Assembly (NCBI GenBank): GCA_051362555.1
Contig: CM120640.1
Span: forward strand, 9,300,001-9,364,000
Reading direction: 5' to 3'
Length of the DNA: 64,000 nucleotides
From: Lingula anatina
Taxonomy: Eukaryota; Animalia; Brachiopoda
Positions 35,112 through 47,974 of the stretch are shown piece after piece. The notes below the pieces were generated by a model. The model did no database searches, had not been told where the DNA came from, and worked only from the letters and a program-made list of their open reading frames with translations. The position numbers and the translations under genes are program-made. Position 1 is the first letter of the stretch, and each line of letters starts with the position of its first letter.

Positions 35112-38100
35112 CTTGGTAATGGTTATTCTCTATCTCTCGTCTTTTTCTTTCTGTCCTTTGGTTACCTCTCTTTGTCTCTCATCTAAAAAAAATAGAGAGA
35201 AAGAAAAAACATATAAAGATGTCTTAAGAAACCAATACAAAATTAACAATTAAATAAAATTTAATGCTACTTCTCTGGATAATCAACAAATACCATTACT
35301 AATTTGTCCGTGACAAAGCAACAAAAAGTTTAAAATTGACATCAAGATTCAACTTAATACAATTTAAGAAAAATATGTCTTCAAAATCCAAATACTGGTA
35401 ATAACAACAAGAACATACACTACAACAGTCACAACATTTGGCATGTGATCAATTTTGACCTAAAAATCAATCAATTATCAGTCAGCACAAACATCATGTG
35501 CAATATCCATAAATATACCAGCCAAGTATGTGAACCTTTCTCCTTAACTGATAACCTCATCATTCAGGTATGCCATGATCAGATAAAACTACCCAATATT
35601 ATCCCCTGTCATGAAAGGCACCAGGTATTAGATAAACTATATCCACATACAGGACAACTCCAGCTTTAATCTTAACTACACAATTTAAATGGACGCCACT
35701 TTGATCCCTAACTCTGCCTATCTAGTTCTATTCTATACCATGTCCCTTGCTGTGTTCAGGTGGCAGCAGGCAGTATTTGTACACAGATCCTCCCATGACC
35801 CATGCACAGGCTCACCAGACCCTGTAATCACTACTATAAGGAGAAGTAATGGAGAACAGACAGTGACACAAAGACCGAAATGGTTTTCGCTACCAAATTC
35901 AATGACTGAGGTTTCTTTCCCACGTGCTGAAGAACTTTCCTCTTTCCCCCCAGGTACTGAGCCTGTCCACTTATTCCAACACTGGTGCAGAAACCTGTGT
36001 CTCCTCATCTGTGTGTGACGGAAGTTTCTCCACTATCATCAGATCAAAACTGTCATTTCCCCCAAGGTATTGAAACAACTCCATTTACCTGACCCATGAA
36101 GCCAGGCACAGGAACTTGTGTCTTCTCACCTGTGTGTATCTGGGGCCCCAAACTATTAGTACATCAATCAAGTGCATTGCCCAGGGTCAGAAGCATGCTC
36201 AGATAATGGTGAGAAAATGTTGTCCCCTTTCTCGACAAGATTGGATAATAATTGTGATAATGATATTGGTTCAAAGCAAGCACTGTCACTAACACTTGAT
36301 TACATCCAAGATCTGCAGGGGACATAGTGTGACTCAGTTTCTAAATTTTTTTCATACACCTATTTTTTCACTGTGACAGGCAAATGACAAACATTTTTTT
36401 TAAATTTCAATATCTATAAATAAATGCTTGACATCTAAACTGACACATACTTCAAATAACATTTCTCCTCACAAAATCACATAAAAATATATTACCTGCA
36501 TCTTCTTGCAACTGAGGGAAATAACAGATAAACAGAAACACAACCAAAAATTTTTCCGACATAAAAAAAACCCACAAATATCATTTCAATTCATGCCCAC
36601 ACTTGCTGCATACCTTAGTGTCTAGATCCCCATCAATGTATTAGCAATAGGCACTCACAGCAGATTACAGGTATGTTTGGGGTCACACTTCTCAACTTAT
36701 CGAATTCAAAAGGGTAGCGTCTAGGGAAAGTTTGACATTATTCAATCGCATTCAATCCTTATACAACAATCAAATAAACTTACAATTTCAGTTTTTGTAA
36801 GGACTGCACTCAGCAGCACTTGGTGAATGGAGCGCTCTGTTTTCAGCAAGCCAATGTTTCCTGAACCCTATCAACACTGACCCCACCTATCATTTCAGGT
36901 GAAATCAAGTGGCAAACATTCGCAATAAAGCCTAAAACAGTTTCTTTGCCTACCTGCTTGGAAGAATTTAGATGCCAGTGATAACAACGCTGCGTGCCCA
37001 AACAGAGCATGAGTCACACAATGCAGCTCAGTTGACACAATTTTCACCAGAGAAATATTGTCACAAATCTTAAATTCAAAATACCTGTCCACCCCCACAG
37101 GTCATAACTGCCACCAAAACACAGAGTCCTTAAGATAACATGAAATACCTCTTCTCTCCGATGTTCATATATTCAGTTATAATTCACAAACAAGTACACT
37201 TTGGGGGTTACATTTTCTTGTGCTTAGCTGCACAATTATTGACATTCCGATTCAAATATACCTTGAAATGTTGGCTAATGGCACACTGCTCTTCCACTGC
37301 CAATCAATGCTCAGAGATTAGTATCACATAAAGGACCACAAACAGCTGTTTCTAATAATATTTTCCTCACTTGGTTTCTATCAACCTGGCTGAAATGTCT
37401 TAATTACACTGTGTACCTGTGGACTGGATTAGCACAAAGTGGTTCCCCAGCATGCTCTCTCCTGTTCCTGTTTTGAAAACCCTGAATCAATCTAAACTGT
37501 TTGCTGTTTCCTCTTTGTTTAAACAGTTCCCACCCAATAGTTAATTGCACCTGAATTCCTCACATATTTAACGATATTTAACTGCCCTCAACAGCAGGTA
37601 AAGTACAGGTAATAAAATCCACCTACCACACAGCTGTCCATTGTTCTCTATTAATGAATTACTTACCTAACTGAGATGGGAATGAGATGAAACAGAACTC
37701 AACCATTAATTGTATTAACAGCTTTCTGCCTTTTCTCTTCACATACAAATGAAGAAATACATATATACCGCTGACTGTGCACCAAATTCCTTTGTGTCAC
37801 ATGCCCAGACAAGTAAGACATCCAGTAACAAAAAGTTTGTTGTTTGCATGACTGGTGAATTTTCCCATTCAAGGTGCGATGGGGAAACACCTGCACGTCA
37901 TGCACTATGTCAGCTTTCTATTTTAAGTTCTGGGTAATAAAATTCCAAATAGAAATTTTCTATGAAACATTTTAATCCCATATAAAACTAATATGTTACA
38001 GATGTAATTAAACTGTTACACCACTCTAAGGAAACCAATTCTAATATGGATTTCTATGACTGGGCACCTATATTTAACTTGTATACCTTAACAATACCCA

Positions 38101-41100
38101 TAAATAATAGAATTACTCATCCTGGGTATATGGTACCAGGCAGAAAGTCTAAGCCCCTATTTGCCCTATGTCTGCTCTGTGTTGTGGATGCAAGATATGT
38201 CTGATTCATATTATGTCACATGTCTGTTTTGGTTTTGTTTCTCCTCTGTTCATGTATTTTCTCCATGTTAATGCCACAGGGCCTTAAACATTGACGAGAA
38301 TATAAGAAATGAAACTTTTTTCTTTTCTTGTACTGTATTTACCCTTTGTCAAATGAGCCTAATAATACACCTCTAATCACCCACATGTAAAAACACAAGC
38401 TTACCTTAGATATTTGTTCCAACAACAAGATACAATGGTCAGGTAGAGTTAATCCAGGTCTGACACTGTGCGTTTAAACTCCAGATAACCCCTCACCAGC
38501 CTTAACATGTGCCATGTGCATCCACAGTGTGCATCCATTACCTTCACTCCTATATACTATTGTATAATTATACACACACAGTCCCTACAGGCTTCTCCTC
38601 AATCACAGGTAATGATATTTAAACGCTTGCCCATCCATAACATTAACTCTGCCATTAGCTCACAGATTTTACCTTTCGTTTGAGCTCTCAGGAAGTTTCC
38701 TTCTATCCGAGCCTGGTTGAAATCACGGCCCCTAGTTCAGCTCAATGCCCTCACTCCACTGGTTCTTATACCAGCTGTGAGAAAACCGTTGTATTCTGAT
38801 CAAAGACAAGCAGCTGGGTGTGAGGACAATATCACAAACAATAGAAAGACATCTAACAACCTCTCAGGTATATACTGAATGTGGTTCAAATCAGCCAATG
38901 ACACTGTCTTTACTTAGTGGCTTCATAATGTTTAGTTTTTCTTCAGAGTCCAGGCACAAAAGTTGCATATAAATGACTATGAATTGATCGTTTAGTTTGC
39001 AAAGTGGCTTCATTTATTTTACATGATGACATACCATTTGAAGTTGGTATCTCAATGAAACCATATATGACAAAAGTACAAGTTACAATTAAATGGCAAA
39101 GCAAATATTATAGACTGTATACCTAAATTACATCATAACAAAGACTACAGATAGACAAATTGATACCTTTTCATCATTTATCTGTTTTTATCATCAATAC
39201 TTTTCCCTTTGAAAAAAACTTATTGGCAGAAAAATAGCAATGATGAAATAAAAAGATCTGTCAACAAGAATCTTGATTTAAAATAAAACATCTTATAATG
39301 TCCCCCACTCCTAAAGGCACTATGCTATATAAGTATTAGCATAGATATCACCAAGCAGAATTATATTTTACAATTATGTGAAAATTAGAATGCACAGGAC
39401 TAATGACTCATTATTACTGGTTTTGGGAGCACGTAAGGTATAACTCAGATGTGTATCATAAAGTTATATTCACCTAAAACAATGCCCTGTAGTTATGAAT
39501 GCCTCTATGTTGTAGACCATAGAAAAGGTGACCTTCTGAGACAACTATCCACACGCACAAAATGATAAATCTAGCTCAAATCTTGTCATCAAAAGAATTG
39601 TTTACTTTAGGGGCATCCACCCCATACATTATTAATGTTTTGAAACATAAAAGAGAATGCGCCTAATCAGCTTAAAGCAAACACCCAGATTAACGAGTAA
39701 CATTTGATAAAGTTGCTATAACCTTTTCTTTCAACAACAAAATCTGATAATTCAACACTGATACCCAGCCAATGTTGTTTTAGACATGTGAGCAATCTGT
39801 GAAAACATACCACACTGGTAGAGCAGCAATTCCTTGGAATTCTGTGGAAATGTTACTTTGTCTCCATGCAATGTAGATACAAATTGCACCAATATAACTC
39901 CAGGGAGGTATGAAAAAGCTAAATGGATTTGTATCTCAGCACGAGGCATATAACACATATTTCCTCACCTGCTGTTTAAACAGTCACACTATTCCCAAAT
40001 TTTCGGATAAAACTAATTCAATTATATTTTTTTCTAAAGTGCTGAAATAAGCACCAGCTGCTCCACTGCTTCCCACGACGTGCCTATCAACCTCAAAACA
40101 CAAAGACCCTTTTTATGAGGAGACAAAGAAATCCAATCTCATATTTTCATAAGCTGGAATTTAACGCTGATTACCCGTGATATCAATACAACATTACTCG
40201 CTCAGACAGAAAATTGCTTGCTCAGTTGCTGAACTTTAAAAAAAAGCTTGTTCCAATAAACAACAAAACATGTCACTAATGTTTTGATTTTCAGTGGTTG
40301 TTTCTTTCTTTTATGACAAATCACAAATAACAGGTAGCTTTTTTGTAAATGTCAGTGTACCTTGCACTTCCCTGACAGACAACATAGCTGGGGTAGAAGT
40401 AATGTCAGCAAAGAAGGCAGCCCAATAATAAATAGAAACCCTGGTCCCTGCTTTTGAATTCTAAATTCATGACTTGAAAAAACTTGTCTTTCCTCGGATA
40501 TTTGCATAGACATAGAAAAGAAAAATAAGAACATGCCACAGCATCAAGTGCAAACTTTATCAATTCTGCACAAGAAAAGAAAAAAAATAATGGTTTACTG
40601 GATGAAAGACAGGGCATGCAAGTACAAAATTGTCCTAACCACAGTCATACAGCTTAAAATGGACCTTTTAGCCACCATTCATAGTGGTTCTGAAATGCCT
40701 AGTGTCTGTATGCTAATATTATTTCTGCCCATATTAGCAATAACCTGCTGTCCCTTCCTCTATAATACGGTCCTAAGAACCTTGTCTATCAGGATAGCTT
40801 TACATACACAGCCCCCACAATCAGTGGATTAAGGCTGATGATTTTACTATACCAAATTAACCAGCACTACCAGAGAGGATGGATGTTACTGCTAGGTTTC
40901 ACTTTGTTGGCGCTATATTATCACCCTTACCAATATCAATATTTTTTCACATTGAATTGAATAATATATAACTTACATTAACCATGAGTTATCTTTACCA
41001 ATCTCAATGTTTTATACTCTGAATATAATAAAACGTAAAACAATGAACATCAGCATAATTATATGTGGGCCCATTTGGTGATGCATACCTACATACCATG

Positions 41101-44026
41101 CCATAAACCTTAACAAACCATTGCAAATTAGTATACCATGCCTGTACTACAGGTGCAATTAAAACAATCAGGCAGGTGCAAGGAGGAAAAGGATATCAAC
41201 TCATGACTGACCACTGAACTAGAGATACTGGACGGATGTTGGTTTGCATATATTATAACAAAGCATGCCCAGTGGTACCATCTACCGAAAATTTCCCATA
41301 CATTCCTTAGGCAATGAAATCTGATTTTCCTTCAGTGACTGATTCAGGAATCTCATACCTGACTGATAGGAGATCTGATGTTGGACCCATTAAGACCACC
41401 TCAACACCTGGGGCCCGTTTCATGAAAAACTTTAGACCAAAAGTTGGTCTTCACTCTAACTCTAAAATATTGGTCAACTTCAATTTGGCATATATTTGCA
41501 TAGGTTCAGTAAAACAGAAGAATAATTGATATACATAGAATAACAATTTCTTTCTTGTTACGAAAATGGCAGTGCATTGAACTACTATTACTGATTAACC
41601 TTGGTTGAAATTATACTAAAATATAGGTGTTAAAGTTTGTTCTAAAGTTTATTTTCTTTTATTTTATTTTTTGGTGAAACCAGTCCTAGCTGTCAAATTT
41701 TGCTGTATAAAATATTTTGAAAGATTTAATTTTTTTTAATTGATCAGATTTCTAAAACTGTCATATCAGGCTTTTCAACCTGACTTTGCATCTTGCCACT
41801 AGCCAAACTCTGAGAAAATTTCATAAAAACAAAATAGCTACTTGACAAGAGATTAAAGGTGGCAATAAATATGGAACAAAATCCATCCAATATTTTGCCC
41901 AGTGACAAGTACTACATGCCAGAACAATGTACAAAACATGATAGTATACCATAAACATTAAAAGCATGTAAAAAATCCGTGGGAACTACAATAGTGGAAA
42001 AATCTACAATCAAAACAAGAATATCCTAAATGGTGGTCTTCCAAATAGGTTCACATGCTGTTTGCAAAAATCACACTGCTGGTTTTAATTAGGGACACTT
42101 TTTTTTTTTACCAAGCAGACCTCCATGGAGCAGAACTACAATCCCTATGTACCCAATTCAATCAGAATCACTCTCCAGACAATACAGCAGACAGTTTGAC
42201 TGAAAAATCTAAAGATACTTACTGATTTGGCGTCAAATAGATACTTGAATCTCAGATTAATCAATGATGCCTCGAACAAGAAAAATGCAATCTTATTGCA
42301 CAGTTAAACTAATTATAAACAAGAAAAGGAGTCTTTATAGACAAACTGGTGAAGTGGTTGCAGTAGACCACCTTTATAGATTAGACTGAAAAAAAACTAG
42401 CACCCCACATTGGTTAACCACACAAAAGCCTTCAGGTATGATGTTCTATACAAACAAGCAACTCACCAGAGAAACATCATAATATTCACACACAAGGCAT
42501 GGATTTCCATTGCTAGTACATTATCGACGGAAATGTACAAATCTCCATCAAAGATTCCGCCCTGGTAATCAATAGCTGAGGTATGTGATATTCCCCTACT
42601 GGTAGATTAATTTGCAATTAAACAATGGAATAAATCCGGTAAATGAAGTGTTTCTCACATGCAAGATTAGAGCACAATTCTCTTACTCAATCTGGTATAT
42701 AATTGTTGAGTATCTGGAATGTACACATCAATAGGAAACTAATGAGTGTGACATAAACGAGCTATGATCAAACAAAACTTAAGAATGTTAAACTGTGCCA
42801 TACTTTTTCTTTTTAACAAGTAAATTTCAACTGTTTAACACCAATTGTAACTGTATATGTAACATACCTCAGGTTCAATGTAGCCTTTGGTCTCCCAATA
42901 TTTTATGTCATTCGCCCTTTTCATTACACTGCCTCTGATAAGCCACATACCTTAAAGCTAGGCTACATTATATATATATATCTATATATATCCTCATATA
43001 AAACTTCATTATCTTCACAACCTAAAACCACCAATTCAGGAGCAATCTCATTGTGCATCACCAATAAAATGTGACGTTATAAATTTTTGAACCCTACTGC
43101 TTTAGTCAATTTTTATCTAATAAAACCCAAGACATAATCCATGCAAAACATTTAGCTCCCTTTCAGACACCATGAAATGTTTAATTCTAGAACCATTAGG
43201 CTAAAGCATAATGCTCCATGAAATATAGTAAGTAAAAACTGTTAACATATTAATTTATCTATTTTTTCATCAATTTCTTAAAGCTGCTTAATCAAACCCT
43301 TGGTCTTCATTCATTTCACTGTGTTTGACTCATTTATAAAAAAAAAAACTTGAAATAGATACTTTATGGAAATCATGCAAGATAGCCTAAAGTGAGGCTG
43401 TTGCCACTATATGACATAATGTAGGAAAGTGACACCCCAAAAAGTGACACACAAAACATGGTGAATATGTACTGTTGAACAAAGGACTACTTTATTTTAC
43501 AGAACTTCAGAGAAAACAAACAGAAATTTATCCGTGTATAAATTTGTCAGGTTTCATTCCTTGCTGCATTGCTAGTCTGCTACGATTTCTGACCATCCTC
43601 TCCTACAAATCCCACAAAATCTCTCAATTTTACGATAATTCACAAAACTTCTGATCTATCTCAAACGATTCTCGTTTTCTCTGATACACATCTTAATGCA
43701 ATGTGTACAGACAAGTCAAGAATACAAATCTGCTTGATAAATTGTATTTTTAAATTCAATTCTAATTTTTATCATCAAGAAAACATAAAGTATGCAACTG
43801 AAACATTAACACTAACGAATTTGCCTACCAAGTGCGTCGCCCGACTCAACAATCTCGGTCTCCTAGTAGGGTGTCACAGTCTCATGTTTATCAAGAATTA
43901 CCCTCGTCCGAATAACATATTTGCATTAGTTGTAAGGAGTAGTACGAATATCCCAAAACGAACTCCACTCGAACCGTTATGAAGTTTTCCACTGCTACTT
44001 TGCCACACATTGCATTATATACTTAC

Positions 44027-44200
44027 ATTCTGCAACAACACCATCACTGATTCTATTCTTCGCCCTTTCTGGGGATCAGCTGGCGTTTTCACACAGTTTC
44101 TAGGGTGCAGTCTTTCATGAAACGAGGAACAACAACAAAACGTCTATACCCACTTGATCAATATGGCGAGTTAGTTTACATGACGTCACTTCCGGAGTTC
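44027..44200 (-). promoter_or_regulatory. Probable LNX promoter and non-coding first exon
   Basis: CpG-retaining patch at about 43830..44620. Overlapping ETS-CRE motif CCGGAAGTGACGTCA (minus, 44181..44195) and YY1-like AATATGGCG (44160..44168). Perfect minus-strand donor GTAAGT at 44026..44021. The acceptor before the first coding exon is at 35183. Confidence 0.55.
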
Positions 44201-45146
44201 CCAGTTTTAAAATTCCCAATTGTAGTAGATGTGCTCTAAAAACACGCACTGTTAACACAAGCTGTTACCTGCATTGATCTAGCGTTGTTGTCCCCAAACT
44301 GGAGCGATGATTCACAGCGTAAAATATCACCTCGTTATTAATAACATGTGACAAGCAGAGAAAATCGGCTCTTTGTTTATAAACTTGACTGCGTAGTAGA
44401 TTATGCATTCTGTAAATTAATAAGGCCATGTAAAATGAGCAAAATTTCCCTGAACATCACCGAGGTACAGGTATACATACGCGACAATCCAATCATATCC
44501 AAAACTTTTGAGAAATTTACGATCTATAAATCCATTTTCGAAAAAAAGATATCAATTTTACCGTTAGACCTACATTATGCGTGAAATTCGCCAATCTCCA
44601 TCACGAGTGAGACCCAATAACTAGTAGAAAGAGATTTTATAGAACGTAATTTACAACTGTTTTGGATATACTAGTAGTTTATTGGGAAAGAGTGTTGAAA
44701 TTACCAAGAATATATATTTGCTATATAATGGTCCTATAGATCTGACGCTTTAAGTTTACAGGTCTACTGGTATTTTTCTAATGTACAGTATATATTTGCG
44801 GGTTTGATAGCTGTTTTCTTAGGTAATACAGCAAGGCCCATCCTACAGCACGGCTTCGGTTAGATCCATTTCCCTCTAGAAAGGTTATTTCTAATTTCTT
44901 TATATAAGCGGATGTCTGTAAAGCATGAATGACTTTGAAGTGGGCTGTTAGTTCTCCCCGTTCTGCAGATAGGCCTATTGGGTGGCCAAAACAATACATA
45001 TTAATTCCAAAGATCAATAATTCTAACGGTTTTGAAGATATTACAATGAAATTAGGGATATTTTAGGAAAACGGTGTTTTTAATAAATGTTCAAGCCAAA
45101 AACTGCTGGCCTATGTGACGGCTGGTATGACTCCTCACAGGGGCCA

Positions 45147-47974
45147 CCCAGACAGCCTCAGTGATCTGGCCCACGTCTGGCCCAGATCTGGCAACGTCTG
45201 GCAATGTCTGGCAAAAGGTATGGCCCACGTATGGCTTGCCACATGTGGGCCAGATGTGGCAATGTTTGGGCCAGATCTGGCCCAGACATTGCCACATCTG
45301 GCCCAGTCCACATTTGCTCATATGGCCAGATGTCGGCCCAGATCTGGCAATATCTGGCAAATGTATGGCATGCCAGATGTGGGCCAGATGTGGGCCAGAT
45401 CATATTCAAATGGGCCAGATTAGGGCCAGACATGGACCACATATGGCCCAGAATGTTTTTTTTTTCTTTTTTTTAAATTATTTTTAATTATTCAATAAGA
45501 TTACTATAAAAAAGACATACAAGATTCAAGATTCAAGTATTTATTCTGTGCTAAAACCCTAAACAAAATTATTACACATTATATAACCTTGCTGGCAACT
45601 AACATGTAACAAATTAAGGGTCACTCCTTGTCTTTTTGTACAAAACAATGTATATTTGAAAAAAAAAAAAAAAACTACACTGCAAAAAGGTAAATATACA
45701 GACACTTAACAGGAGGAAATGTAACTTACATACATGTAAAGAAAACAGTTATAACAACAATTTTTTTTTCAACACAAAGCTGCTCATCGAATCTGAATTA
45801 ACACAAATTACAAAAATTGTAATTAATTATGCATGTACATGGGGGAGGGGTTTGAGGGGGAAATATTTTTGCACACATTGTCATTTTTAAACTAATTCAA
45901 ACATATCATTAATAATAATAATCACTAATGAATATAGTTTTGTAATGAATAAATCTTGAATAATGAATGAAAAAACATTGTTTTTTTAGATGATGGTGAG
46001 TTATAACAAAATTATTAATAACCATGCAGTAACTGTAATTCAACTTGCATGCTGGCTACAGTACTGTACATACATGTTAATTCTGAAAAAAAAAATTTGT
46101 ATACTCCAGCACAGATATAGATGTACAATTAAAAGAGAATTACATGTGCACAAAAACAAACCCCAGTATCAATGCTTTTGAATTAAATCACATCATGAAT
46201 CAAATCACTCAATGAATTGAACCAGTTTGCAATGTTTGCGCTTTTTTCAAATCCATAACACTAAGAAATGATACATCCGGCTCCTTGACAAGCTTATAAT
46301 TATTAATGGAATCAACAATATGGAACAAGTAACTCTACCAAGTTAACAACAGTTCATTCAAATGTCAAGTCAAAACACAACATCCCTTCCTTTCTTGGAC
46401 AGAAACGGTCCTTTCAAAACATGTTTATTGACAGTTCAGTCTTTAAAATGTCTTTTCAAACATTTGCAGAATAGCATATGAACTCCAACTTTTATTCCTT
46501 AAACCACACTGAAAATTCTCAAAACTTATCAACTCATATCAAATCCCATGTCCTTTCACTACTACTGGTCTCTTCCTTTACGTCACATTCAAATGTATGA
46601 TGTTCCCTTCACTTTTAAAGGTTTCTCAGACGTGTATGAATAATACTGTTTGTTTTCTAGTCCTCCACAAGAGCCACATTTATTTTTCTTGGATTTCAGC
46701 ATTCTCCATGTATTTTCATCAATGATATTACAATATGCACCTGAATCTGGTAATACACTGAGATTAACACCGCCTCTATTTCCTCCATGTCTTCTGTGTA
46801 TATTGCATTGGTTCCCACACCAAATGTATATGCACTCCTGGATTATCATGTTCAAAGCTGTCATTTACATGAATAATAGTTTCAGTTTTGCAGACTTTTG
46901 CAAAGTGATCCAACGTTCCATGTTTTCTCAGTCAGGGAGTTTCTACTTCGTTTTTCATGTCTAAACTCGTAATGTTTAGACTGGCTTGGTTTGTCAAATG
47001 ACTTCGGTTTCATCATACTCACAGTTTCTGGTGTTCCAATTTCATTCAAAGCGTTAACTGTCTAATGTATATTCATGTTTCTAACCTGTGTTTGGGAGAG
47101 TCCTGAAAATATCTTGTACACCTGTCCCTGCTTAATACAACATAAGCACGCGTCTCCTCTGTCATGTATTTTTAATTTTCTATCTTTGTTCATTATTCAT
47201 GCCGTCCGTTGGTTTTGAAAAGATCAATCTTTTCCGTCAGCGAAGAGGTTAAAACTGTCTAGCCATCGCGTCGAGCGTGACTTCTGTACAGTTCGAATTC
47301 CGTAATTTCACATTTTTCCTCCATTTTTTCAAAGAAAGTTGGCTCACAGTTTTGCACTAGTGTTAATCCTCGTCGCCAGTGTTGATGCCTTCGAAATAAA
47401 TCGCATCACGAATCAAATCACTCAACGAATTGTATCAGTTTGATACGCTTGTGCTTTTTTCATATCCATAACTCTAAGAAACGCTACATCCGGGTCATTG
47501 ACCGGCTTAGCATAAAAAGCGGAATCTTACAACAGCGGAACGAGTAGTTCAAAAAAGTTTTAGAACAGTGAATTCATTCAAATGTCAAGTCAAATTAAAC
47601 AAATAGCACACTTATGAGGGGACTTTGAAGAAAAGAGAGAGAGATAAATTAAATCAAAATTTATCAAATGACGTCAGTTCAATGCATTCAGCTCACTGGT
47701 CAATAAAAAATAAATAAATAGAAAATAAAAATTGAAAATGAAAGTACCATATCTGGCCCAAGTCTGGGCAGCATCTGGCAAAATGTGGCATAAATGCCAG
47801 ACTTTGCCAGACTTGGCCCAGATCTGGCAAGTGTCTGGCAAAATGTGGCATAAATGCCAGACTTTGCCAGACTTGGCCCAGATCTGACAAGTGTCTGGCA
47901 AAATCTGGCCCAGATATTGCCAGACGTTGCCAGATCTGGGCCAGACGTGGGCCAGATTACTGAGGCTGTCTGGG
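45147..47974. mobile_element. Non-autonomous CACTA/EnSpm (CMC)-like DNA transposon with long repetitive subterminal inverted arms
   Basis: CCCAGACAGCCTCAGTgATCTGGCCCACGTCTGGCCCAGATCTGGCAACGTCTGGCAAT at 45147 is inverted at the right end (...GGCTGTCTGGG, 47974). Both flanks are CA, consistent with a 2-bp TSD. The arms (45147..45452, 47749..47974) are built of GGCCCAGATCTGGC-type units. CCC..GGG termini with a 2-bp TSD fit animal EnSpm-like elements. No transposase seen. Confidence 0.8.
46167..47601 (-). mobile_element. Internally deleted, decayed Ty3/Gypsy LTR retrotransposon nested in the CACTA-like element
   Basis: Direct repeats (LTRs) at 46167..46382 and 47380..about 47601. PBS TGGCGACGAGG lies 1 nt from the 5' LTR (minus, 47378..47368). 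PPT AAGAAAGGAAGGGA abuts the 3' LTR (46396..46383). Gag remnants RWLDSFNLFADGK and QRRRVLMLY*AGTGVQDIFRTLP; aspartic protease remnant LPDSGAYCNII (about 46750). No RT or integrase. Confidence 0.85.

Noticed and set aside
35689-36018. Overlapping 109-aa and 91-aa ORFs inside the LNX 5' intron
   Set aside because: No domain similarity or convincing splice context; the length is compatible with chance in a GC-richer patch.
45091-45487. Five overlapping ORFs in several frames and a CRISPR-like look of short repeats
   Set aside because: The ORFs result from stop-poor GGCCCAGATCTGGC subterminal repeats of the transposon arm. There is no constant repeat with unique spacers, no cas genes, and the context is eukaryotic.
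47674-47901. ORFs with a repeated 20-aa unit (PDTCQIWAKSGKVWHLCHIL)
   Set aside because: Translation of a 60-bp tandem repeat within the right transposon arm.
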